Part shown: one piece after another, positions 43,489-52,500 of the stretch
Layout: the number at the start of each line of letters is the position of its first letter
Position numbering within the stretch: the stretch's first letter is position 1
The notes under the pieces: generated by a model
The model's input: the letters and a program-made list of their open reading frames with translations, nothing else
Database searches by the model: none
Told to the model about the DNA's origin: nothing
Translations under genes and position numbers: made by a program
Virus record (IMG/VR): IMGVR_UViG_3300032320_000838
Coordinates: 13,760 to 77,759 of that record
DNA from: a virus
Lineage: Duplodnaviria > Caudoviricetes
Length of the DNA stretch: 64,000 nucleotides
Direction: 5' to 3' (one strand)

Positions 43489-44307
43489 TTATCCGACAAA
43501 GAAGTTAGGTGGAAGTTCGTATTTGTTCTGTACTTGCTGCTCAAGTTCCTTGATGTTTTCTCTAGCGGACGACAATATTTCACCGCCATTAAGTGTTACA
43601 CCGCCTGGTAGAGACACATTATTAAACTTGGATAGGTTCATACCCCACTGTTCCTGTATTCTGTATGTGCAATATTCTTTTAGCAAACGATCATTAAATA
43701 TTTCACCATATGTTTCTGGATCAAGAACCCTGTACGCTTCGAACATCATATAGTTTCCAATAACTGGATGTGTTTCCCAATCCATATCCACATATATTCT
43801 GTTCGTCACTCTGCTGAAAGTCACTGCTTTTTCTGGTGTAAGCATATCTTGTAACATCTGCATATGTGATCTTGTAAAGTTATATGAGATGAGAGAATCG
43901 CTGTATGTGTTGGTTCTGAGTCCATAAAGATCGTTGAGTGCAATCTGGTAGCGAGCATCAAACATACCAGTTCCACCGAGAGTGTCGTATAGTTGAAAAC
44001 AACGAATAACACTTATGATTGATTTGCCATTAGGATCCAACGCTGGAGCCGCCTGTATTCCTACAGACGAATCTGCCAGCGTTGGTTGCGTCAAGTCGAT
44101 ATACTTCTGATCTATATCGTCCTGAGTTATTTGTTTTCTTAAATAGCATCTTTCCACACCATCGAAGTGATATTCAGCAAAGAACTGTAAAGCATCGTCT
44201 ATTCTATCCTCGATTTGTGCATCGTCGATATTGATCTCGATGACTGGATAGCCTAGCCTGCGTAAGCAGTATTGCTTCAGTTGTTCTCTGGTTTGTGGTT
44301 GTGCCAT
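43489..44307 (-). CDS. gp13: Neck protein
   Basis: TREQLKQYCLRRLG.PVIEIN.DD.QIEDRIDDALQFF.EYHFDG, QWGMNLSKF..V.LPGGVTLNG. Confidence 0.96.
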   Translation of the reverse strand: MAQPQTREQLKQYCLRRLGYPVIEINIDDAQIEDRIDDALQFFAEYHFDGVERCYLRKQITQDDIDQKYIDLTQPTLADSSVGIQAAPALDPNGKSIISVIRCFQLYDTLGGTGMFDARYQIALNDLYGLRTNTYSDSLISYNFTRSHMQMLQDMLTPEKAVTFSRVTNRIYVDMDWETHPVIGNYMMFEAYRVLDPETYGEIFNDRLLKEYCTYRIQEQWGMNLSKFNNVSLPGGVTLNGGEILSSARENIKELEQQVQNKYELPPNFFVG

Positions 44308-44324
44308 TTGTTCTCCTTTAGTAA

Positions 44325-44332
44325 TATTTATA
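44325..44332 (-). promoter_or_regulatory. Late promoter TATAAATA (gp13 operon)
   Basis: Exact consensus, upstream of SD AAGGAG. Confidence 0.8.
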
Positions 44333-44352
44333 CTTCTCGGAGAACTCTAATA

Positions 44353-44706
44353 TCAGTCGCGGAAAAGGAACTGGATCTTGGTGATCTCCGACACAGAAAG
44401 TTCTACATTTCCCAGAGAGTCGATAGAAATTGGATCCCAATCCACATCTATTTGTGTCTCTAGAAGTTCACTGAATTCCTTGAGGAAATCTTCCTTGTGC
44501 TTCTCCAAGACAGAAACCACTCCGTCTTTCTCTTCTCCGTACTTGTTGATCAACTTCTGTCTCTCGTCCTCCAACATCTTTAGTTCGTCATTAAACTTCT
44601 TCATAATCTTGACAAACTTATATGATGATTTGGCGGGAAGTGCCAAATCTACCAGTTTGTTAAGGACACCAACGGACGAATAAATCTCAAATAAACTCAC
44701 TTTCAT
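44353..44706 (-). CDS. Small helical hypothetical protein, 117 aa (DUF1617-like, possible fibre/tail chaperone)
   Basis: L..L....LPAK.SYK..K..K....EL...E..R..LI.KYG pattern. Follows the 1535-aa fibre. Confidence 0.5.
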   Translation of the reverse strand: MKVSLFEIYSSVGVLNKLVDLALPAKSSYKFVKIMKKFNDELKMLEDERQKLINKYGEEKDGVVSVLEKHKEDFLKEFSELLETQIDVDWDPISIDSLGNVELSVSEITKIQFLFRD

Positions 44707-44725
44707 TATATAATCTCCTTAGTCG

Positions 44726-47700
44726 TTATGCTTGGATCGACATCTTATGTAGGGTGATATTGTATGTTCCCTGCATACATTTGTTGAGTGTTATTCCTAC
44801 TTCGTTTGCACCCAGAGATGGTAGAGCAACGCTACAATCTGGTGAAACTGGCAATATGGAAATATCACCCTGAGCACCAGTTCCCGTAACTGGAGTTAGC
44901 AATACTATTCCTGCTCCAGAATTTTCTTCGCTGTTGACGAACAGTTCAGAAGAATCTGACTGTACCATAGTGTTTATTATTTCTAAACTTCTGAAATTGG
45001 ATCCGTTGATTATGACATTAAACTCAACTAATGCGCTTTCCGCAGGAACAAGAGAGTTTTGTATGTACATAAAATATTTTATTGCTTTTTCTGTACTAGT
45101 GTTATAGTTAATTACATCCAAATATCCACTGCTCATGCCACCAGTACCTGAAATAGTTCCACCAGTATTACCAGTGGGAACAGTTATAGATCCATTCTTT
45201 ACTCTATAGAATCCAGATTTGTTGGTTGATTGTAACTTAAGAGCACCAGAAAAATCATTACTTTCCACATTTATAGTGATATTCTTATCAGAAGCGGTTA
45301 TTGTCTTGCTATCAAGAAGAATATCAGAATTAAACTGCACTCTTGTCGATCCAGATGTTGGGATGGTAGAAAGTCCAGTTGCACCAGAAACAAGTATCAA
45401 GTTTCCTGTAGTGTTGTTTGTAATGATGCCTGTATTGTTGCCGTCAAATCTAAAAGCACAATAATTTGTATTTGATACACCAGTTACTCTGACATCATAA
45501 CCAGCCGCTGCTGTTTGTATTGCTAGGTGTTTGTTTACGGCCGAAGTTCCTATCGTAACTATACCGCCCACACCACTTTCTAATAATATGTGTTTTGCTG
45601 TGGTTGATGTAGAAAGTGCAGTGATGCTTAGTGTAGATGCTGTCTTAATGCTGGGAGAAGTTCCTCCTATAAGAACTGCTCCTCCTCTCAGTGGAGTCAA
45701 TCCCAAATCTACAGAAACAGATAATTCGCCCGACGCCGCGCAACCTATAGTAGGAACACCTGTACCAGAAGGACCAGAAGATATTGTGAAATGTCTGGTG
45801 TTTCCAGAAACAGAAGAAAATGCTAGGATATTGCTTCCTGTTCGTGTAAAACTAAATGTAGATACATCCAGATTACCTCCCAAAGAAGGAGCAGTGTCAG
45901 AGGAAACAACTGTCTGACTACTTATTGTGAAAGTAGATGTACCCGATCCTGCATCATGTGTCGGAACAACTGTGGTTCTTGCTCCTGCTGCTACTGAAAG
46001 AATATGTGGACCATTTCCTGTTACGGCAACATTTGTGGATCCGTTGGAAATGGTAGTATAATATGGCAAACCGTTAGTCGTACTCGCAACCTGTCTGAGT
46101 GTTGCGCTGCACAGAGAACCGTTGGCCTGTCTGTATAGAAGAGAGTTTACATTCAGTTGCAGATTTGCAGCAAGATGTCCCTCTACTCCATTTCTTTCTG
46201 TCGGATTAGCAGTCGTGGAGCCATTGAATGTAGCAATATTATTTGCTGTTTTTATAGATCCTGCTGGCATCAAACCGAGATCGTAATCTATTCTGATGTT
46301 ATCACCATTTAAAGTTGGAACTAGATCTATGTTCTCATATGAGGTAGAAGTAATAGGATCTACTAGATTAACTAGACCTACAGTAAAACTGGCAGGATTG
46401 TTTAGTTGGACATCTGTTTCTATATCAGTAGCAGTTATTCTCGTCAATCCACTGGTAGCACCACCAAGTGAATTTATGGTGTAAGTATTAGTAGAACCCA
46501 CTCTGGTTATACTGATGTTGGTTCCTTCTTGTAGAACGAATGTTTCGTTCAAAGAACTTGCTGTTATTAGAGAACCAGATACTTCAGAACCAGCAGAGTT
46601 GTTTATCTTTATGCTCTTGAAGTAGTTGCTGGAAGTCAATCCAAGTATTTGCTTGACTTCAGTGGAGGTGAGGGACTTGATGTTCTGTCCTGAAAGTCTA
46701 CCGAGGATTTGGTTTTCACCGATTAGGAGATCCACTGGATTTGGATCATCTGTGTTATTTACGCTTGCTTTGACTGTGTTTACTGGCATATTTGCAAGCA
46801 TATCATTCGTTATAGACTCTGGTTTGATGTAGAAAACCAAACCAAGATTGGTGCTTACATCCACTCCAACAGCGTCACTATCATCTATTTCTATTACACC
46901 AGCGGTTTCTCCTGTGGTGAAGAAATTTCCAGTTCTTGTGTTTATTATGTTCTGGAAACCACCAGCAGTATCGGCAGCATCTATACGAATAGCGATCTTA
47001 TTGTCGGGTGCTCCAGTATTAGTTTTTGTCAGAGTGATATTATCTCCCTGAATGAAAACCAGTTCTCCTGCTTTACCATCAGCAGTTTGAGATTGTATTA
47101 CTGATCCACCAGTATCATATAAGAACCAAGAGTTAAACAGATTAGAGTTTTCTTCCAAGAAACCTGTTGGAGATGCACCTAATATGCTTCTAAGTTCTTC
47201 TCTACCCAAAGCAGTTATATTGGATATTTGACCAGTTTCGTCAACCCATCTACCAAACACATATCCCGCTATTTCTGTTGGTGGTGCCCATGCAAGAACA
47301 CTATTTCCAGATATACTCTGAATGGTTGTGTATTCTGTACTGGTTTCCTGATCTGTATAGATCTTGGGATCACCAATATCACCAGTTCCAGTAACAACAT
47401 ATGGCAGTGATGACAATCTATCAAGTGGATCAAAAATATCAATTGGTCTTCCGCTGGATTGTGCTCCCTTGATGCTGAAAGGAACCATATCATCTAGTTT
47501 ATTATTAGTAATAGAACCATCAGCGGGAACAGATAATCCAGTTGCTTCGAACAGAATATCATTATTACTGTTTGATGTTATGCTTATACCCGTTCCAGAA
47601 CGCAGATAAAGAACATCGTTTGCACTTTCAGCCTCTAGAGTATAATCAAGTTCGTTTGTATTTACTCCTATAATCTGTACAGTGGAGTATCCGTTTGCGC

Positions 47701-49333
47701 CGTTGATAAAGACAGTATTTCCACCTGGTGCAAAAGTTTGAATACCATTTTGACCAACGATAGTTGCAGTATCTTCTCCCGAAGCAGTAATAATACCAAA
47801 ATCACCCTGTATTACCTTGAAGTAATCTGCTTGAGACAAAGAAGCAGCACTTATTTCGATTTCATTATTTGTATTCTTTTCTATAGTGATGTTTGCGCCT
47901 GGAATAAGTGTCAAAGTATCACTGACACTATTTGCATCCACAAGTGCTCCACCAGAAATCTGCACATTTGCAAAAGAAGGACTTGAAGAGGACGAAGACG
48001 AAGTAATAAGACCAACAGTGGTTGCATAAGCAAACATAACTGGTTTCACCAGTCCCGTCGTTGGTTTGGTTGTTGTCATTTTACCAGGCAAAGTCTGAGA
48101 AAGATAATACAGAGAACCAGAGGTAAGTCCTGTTGTATTGAACAAACCTGTCAAAGCAATCCATATTTTGCCACCAGAAATACGCTCAACTATACCGAAT
48201 ATTTCCGAGTTAGATTCACTATTTGCTTGAGAGCGGACAAACTGCGAAGCGTTCCATCTTACAACATCACCCACTACTATAGAACCATCATATGATGTGG
48301 AGGTGAATCTGTTTGTGAACTTGTAATCGACAATACCATTCGTATTGGTCAACGGAACCTTGTGTTCTGTGTAATCTGAACTCGTCAGGAACTGAGTGGA
48401 GTTCTGAATATCTTCGATGTATATTCTACCACCAACATTAAACAGAACATAACTACCACCACTATCGTATTTTCCATAAAATAGAGGTGTTCTGGCTCCA
48501 GAGTTGGTTATGTAAGAAACATCAAAAGCATTAGTTGAGTCTATTGCTCTAAGAGTGATGCTTTCGTCCGTATCTGTCGTTATGATTTCTGTGGTTCTTG
48601 TACCGAGAAGCATATTGATCTCGGTATTTGCCTGAGTTGCACCTTTTGGACTGAAGTTAAACTTTGCATATGTGGATCCAGAGGGACCTTCCGACACAAA
48701 TGCCTGATCATAGGATAAACCGATATTCTGATTGGTGTACCAAGCAAGAAGATCACCACGATATACCAGAGAAGGATCCTCATCCAGTGCGTCTATTCTG
48801 AACCCCACCGACGATATGGCAGATCTTGCTGTTGAGGAAACATTACCGATCTTGATTGAACTTGCTTTTAGATGCGTATTGGAAGAATCTACAGTGAAGT
48901 TTGCGGTTGATATGTCAATAGACGAAGAACCACCACCTACAAAATCGTGATCTCCTGAAACCGTATATGGGAGAATATTGGTTGCTTCTACTCTTCTGAA
49001 TGTTTCACAATCAGTAGCATCTGTGGTGATATTTGTGCTATTAGCAAGTTCTATAATATAGTTGTCTTGTTCGTCTGGTATTGTTTTTTCTGGTAGGTTT
49101 TGTATATCCAGAGTCAAAGATACATTTGCATCGTGACGAAGACCACAACCAACATTTACACTAAGAACAGCAACACCATCGGTTATTCTGGTTACAGTTA
49201 TACCAGGTCCAGCAGCAACATCATAGATGTTCAAAGGATTAAGTGCTTCAGAAATACTGTTGGTAGTTTCCCACCAGTTGTAGAAAGTGTCACTCAGTTT
49301 TAGTGGTTGGATTGGATCAAAGAGCGTGCTCAT
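44726..49333 (-). CDS. Large baseplate-attached fibre protein, 1535 aa
   Basis: N-terminal SDTFYNWWETTN anchor motif of T4-like fibres. Repeated DTL.L..G.NI.I units. DTAPSLGGNLD motif. Ser/Thr/Gly-rich. Confidence 0.75.
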   Translation of the reverse strand: MSTLFDPIQPLKLSDTFYNWWETTNSISEALNPLNIYDVAAGPGITVTRITDGVAVLSVNVGCGLRHDANVSLTLDIQNLPEKTIPDEQDNYIIELANSTNITTDATDCETFRRVEATNILPYTVSGDHDFVGGGSSSIDISTANFTVDSSNTHLKASSIKIGNVSSTARSAISSVGFRIDALDEDPSLVYRGDLLAWYTNQNIGLSYDQAFVSEGPSGSTYAKFNFSPKGATQANTEINMLLGTRTTEIITTDTDESITLRAIDSTNAFDVSYITNSGARTPLFYGKYDSGGSYVLFNVGGRIYIEDIQNSTQFLTSSDYTEHKVPLTNTNGIVDYKFTNRFTSTSYDGSIVVGDVVRWNASQFVRSQANSESNSEIFGIVERISGGKIWIALTGLFNTTGLTSGSLYYLSQTLPGKMTTTKPTTGLVKPVMFAYATTVGLITSSSSSSSPSFANVQISGGALVDANSVSDTLTLIPGANITIEKNTNNEIEISAASLSQADYFKVIQGDFGIITASGEDTATIVGQNGIQTFAPGGNTVFINGANGYSTVQIIGVNTNELDYTLEAESANDVLYLRSGTGISITSNSNNDILFEATGLSVPADGSITNNKLDDMVPFSIKGAQSSGRPIDIFDPLDRLSSLPYVVTGTGDIGDPKIYTDQETSTEYTTIQSISGNSVLAWAPPTEIAGYVFGRWVDETGQISNITALGREELRSILGASPTGFLEENSNLFNSWFLYDTGGSVIQSQTADGKAGELVFIQGDNITLTKTNTGAPDNKIAIRIDAADTAGGFQNIINTRTGNFFTTGETAGVIEIDDSDAVGVDVSTNLGLVFYIKPESITNDMLANMPVNTVKASVNNTDDPNPVDLLIGENQILGRLSGQNIKSLTSTEVKQILGLTSSNYFKSIKINNSAGSEVSGSLITASSLNETFVLQEGTNISITRVGSTNTYTINSLGGATSGLTRITATDIETDVQLNNPASFTVGLVNLVDPITSTSYENIDLVPTLNGDNIRIDYDLGLMPAGSIKTANNIATFNGSTTANPTERNGVEGHLAANLQLNVNSLLYRQANGSLCSATLRQVASTTNGLPYYTTISNGSTNVAVTGNGPHILSVAAGARTTVVPTHDAGSGTSTFTISSQTVVSSDTAPSLGGNLDVSTFSFTRTGSNILAFSSVSGNTRHFTISSGPSGTGVPTIGCAASGELSVSVDLGLTPLRGGAVLIGGTSPSIKTASTLSITALSTSTTAKHILLESGVGGIVTIGTSAVNKHLAIQTAAAGYDVRVTGVSNTNYCAFRFDGNNTGIITNNTTGNLILVSGATGLSTIPTSGSTRVQFNSDILLDSKTITASDKNITINVESNDFSGALKLQSTNKSGFYRVKNGSITVPTGNTGGTISGTGGMSSGYLDVINYNTSTEKAIKYFMYIQNSLVPAESALVEFNVIINGSNFRSLEIINTMVQSDSSELFVNSEENSGAGIVLLTPVTGTGAQGDISILPVSPDCSVALPSLGANEVGITLNKCMQGTYNITLHKMSIQA

Positions 49334-49590
49334 TTAAGTCCTCTATTTAACAGTTCTTTTAGCATTTTATTCATTTCGAACAGATTGTTTTTTAACTCTC
49401 TTACTTCTTGTTCCATTTTTATGTATCTTTGCTGATCTTCTTTTCTTTTCTTAGCAGCAATATAACCCGCCCTGTTTGTTGACAGTATGGCTTTACTATG
49501 TCCATCTCTAATGATGTCTGTTCTGTTTTCGAATGGATATTTCATAGGACTGCAATTGCTCTGAGATCTCTTATTTTTGGAACATTCCAA
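49330..49590 (-). CDS. Small coiled-coil protein conserved downstream of VrlC-like genes; likely start at 49545
   Basis: IIRD..SKAIL.T...Y...K...E..ELK..L.E...MLK.LL. ATGA overlap with the upstream gene at 49542-49545. Confidence 0.65.
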   Translation of the reverse strand: MECSKNKRSQSNCSPMKYPFENRTDIIRDGHSKAILSTNRAGYIAAKKRKEDQQRYIKMEQEVRELKNNLFEMNKMLKELLNRGLK

Positions 49591-52500
49591 GGTTGATCAC
49601 TATACAGACACACCTTAATGCAGAAACGATTAAATGGTGTTTCTGTATCGTTTAACATAGAGAACTCTACTTCTCTGAAATCATTTGGATTGTCTGTGTA
49701 ATATGTATCGAAATTAGTAACATTTGGCGTCAGTGCAATATATGAGTTTGAGTGGAAATCATCGGTATTTTCACTGTCCTGTACTTTGGCAAAAACTTGT
49801 ATGTTTGTTCCTATTGGTTTATTGATAGACAGAGCAACTTTCATATTGCTGGAATCGAAACCATCCTCCAAAGTCACCACGCGACTGATGTATCTTGCTC
49901 TAGCAATACCTGTGCTGATGGGGACGAATGGATCAAGTTCACCGTTACTAGAAGCATCATTACCTTCTACCAGATTCTTCACTGCAAACAAACTAAGGGA
50001 TTGTAGATCTATGATGGGAGATACATCCTTGTTTGTTGTTCTTGCATTTATGGTGAGGTTAAATGGAACCACGGTTGATGGTGAACCAGTTCTTGTTCCA
50101 TATGAATATGTGCTTCCCAGTTCTACATTCGTATTTGGCTCAACAACAATATTAGGCGATACTCCGCCAACAAGTGGCGTGATGTTCACATTCCAAGAAG
50201 CACGACATGAGTTAAAATCGACATATTTACTGTTGATGTTGAACAACTCGAACTGATTATCGGTTTCTATACTTTCATTCACCAAAACCATCTGATATGA
50301 TGTATTTGTAGCAAATTCGCATTTATTGAGTACCATCATCATATCGGTGTTCTGGTCTGCACTCCAAGTGCTTGCATTTGCCGATGTGAAGAAGACACCC
50401 ACATATGGTTGATTTGTCACCTTTGTGTCCGAATCCAATATAAAATCACCAAGAGTTGCTACGAAAATTTCATATTCACTTGTGTCTCCCTTAACTACCA
50501 GTGCGTGTTCGCCTGGTGGGAGATGGACAGGCATATTAAATGCAAATGTTGTTTTCACTGAAGCATCTTCGGATACTTGTATTTCGCCTGGTAGTTTGAT
50601 TACTTTTCCGCCTGGATATATTCTAGTGGAATCTGGATAACCATTAACGACTGGTCTTATTTGTATCTGTACTGGTATTTTTGTAGTATCTTCTGGTTTT
50701 CTTGCAAAATAAAGATCAACGCTGGATAAGAAAATACCCTCTGGATGTTCAGCAGAATCCACAAAGAATGTCTGTGCAAGAGGATCATTTTGTCTTGTCT
50801 GCACAACTATGGTGGATGAACTTTCAGTGAAAATGCCAGTATTGTTGATATTTCTAGTTTCGCTGCTCTGTATTGGATCACTGATTTGGAAGTTTCTGGT
50901 TGTTGCTATTGTTTCTTCCATTTCGGTTCTAAGTCCACTGGCACTATAGACACCAAATGCATAGGTGGATGCTCTTTCTTTATTGTTTCGTGGATCGCTT
51001 GTGATTTCGAACTTACGATCACCTACACGGAACATACCATCTGGCATTCTGAATTCTATGAAAATGTTTCCATTAATATCTGTTTTTAGATTTTCTGGGG
51101 CAGCGGTTGCAAAATGTACACCCGATGTTCCTTGTGCAAGTTCTGAGCCTGGATAATCTATAAGTTGTTGTCCAGCAGATATTGCAAAAAGATTCGGTAC
51201 TGATGTATACCTGTAGCAATACTCTTCTACATTCACACCATCAAAGAAGACATAAACTCTTGTAGAAGGTTTCATGCCTTTTGCCATTATCTTGATGTTG
51301 TTTCCTCTCATATATGGAATCAGTCGAACATCTACGACTCTATCTCCCAGAGAAATATCCGTGGTGGATGTAGAAAGAGTTCTGTTGATTCCATTTCTTA
51401 TTTGTTCAAGTTGCTCGTCTACCAAGAAGGTATTTATTGTTATGTTTTCCAGAGTTCTCTGATCCTGTCCAGCACCACTACCACCGTGAGCATGACCAGG
51501 TCTTACAAGATGCCAATCTTCTAAGACATTAGTGACTGTTTCACTATCGACAAATGTTTTCGTACCTGTTCTCGATAATGTTTCCCATTCTCCCCACTGT
51601 GTTCCGAATGGAGCGAGGTTGTTGTTATTAAAGGCAGACACCATCAGATTCCAAGCATCGTTTTCACCAGCCAGATTTACATTTACATCTGGTCGTTTTG
51701 TCGTGGAAACCCAGTTGTCTATAGATGGAGTCATTTCTACGACACCTTCATACTGAATGGTGTCGTGTGGTTGGACTGTTATTGCTCTGGTTGCAAGTGG
51801 TTGTGCAACAAAAATCACTTCGTCATATGGGAACATAAAGACATCAGCAAAAGTTCCAGATCTTTGTGAAGAATAACCTTCGAATGTTGTTGAGCCAGAT
51901 GGGTTCTTTATAAAGTTGTTGCTATATGTTCTGAAAGGAGGTCTAGCATATCTGTTGGTGAAATCGACGGATATGTTGTAATCTCTATTCGTAACATCAC
52001 CTATTCTGTGTCCTTCGAATGTATCGACAAGAATACCATTCTTAAATCTATCATTTCCATTAGCATCCAGAACAAGCATATCCTCTGCTTTCTTTTCCAA
52101 GATAGACAGAGTAGTATAATATTCTAGTTTCTGTACTCTCTTTTCTATCTTACCAATATCACGCATAGTGTATCTGCGGTTGTCGATCATCTTGGTCTTG
52201 ATGCTAGATGGACCAAACACAAATGGATCCTTTTCTAGCAGATAGAGAGACATGGAGTTTGGTATATCAGATGGATATTTTGGTGATAAACTTGGCTTAC
52301 CGTACAGTACCTCAAACTTACCATCTCTGGTCAAAATAAGTTTATCTCTTCTTGGTAGATAATAACTTGTCTGAATTTCATCTGCCCAGTCGATATGTGG
52401 AGTGATTTTACCTTCCAAGTAGAAATCATCTGTAGATTGTAGATTGTTTGGTCTAAAATCAATAAAAGCAGATTCGTGAACAAGATCACCAGTGTTCTTA

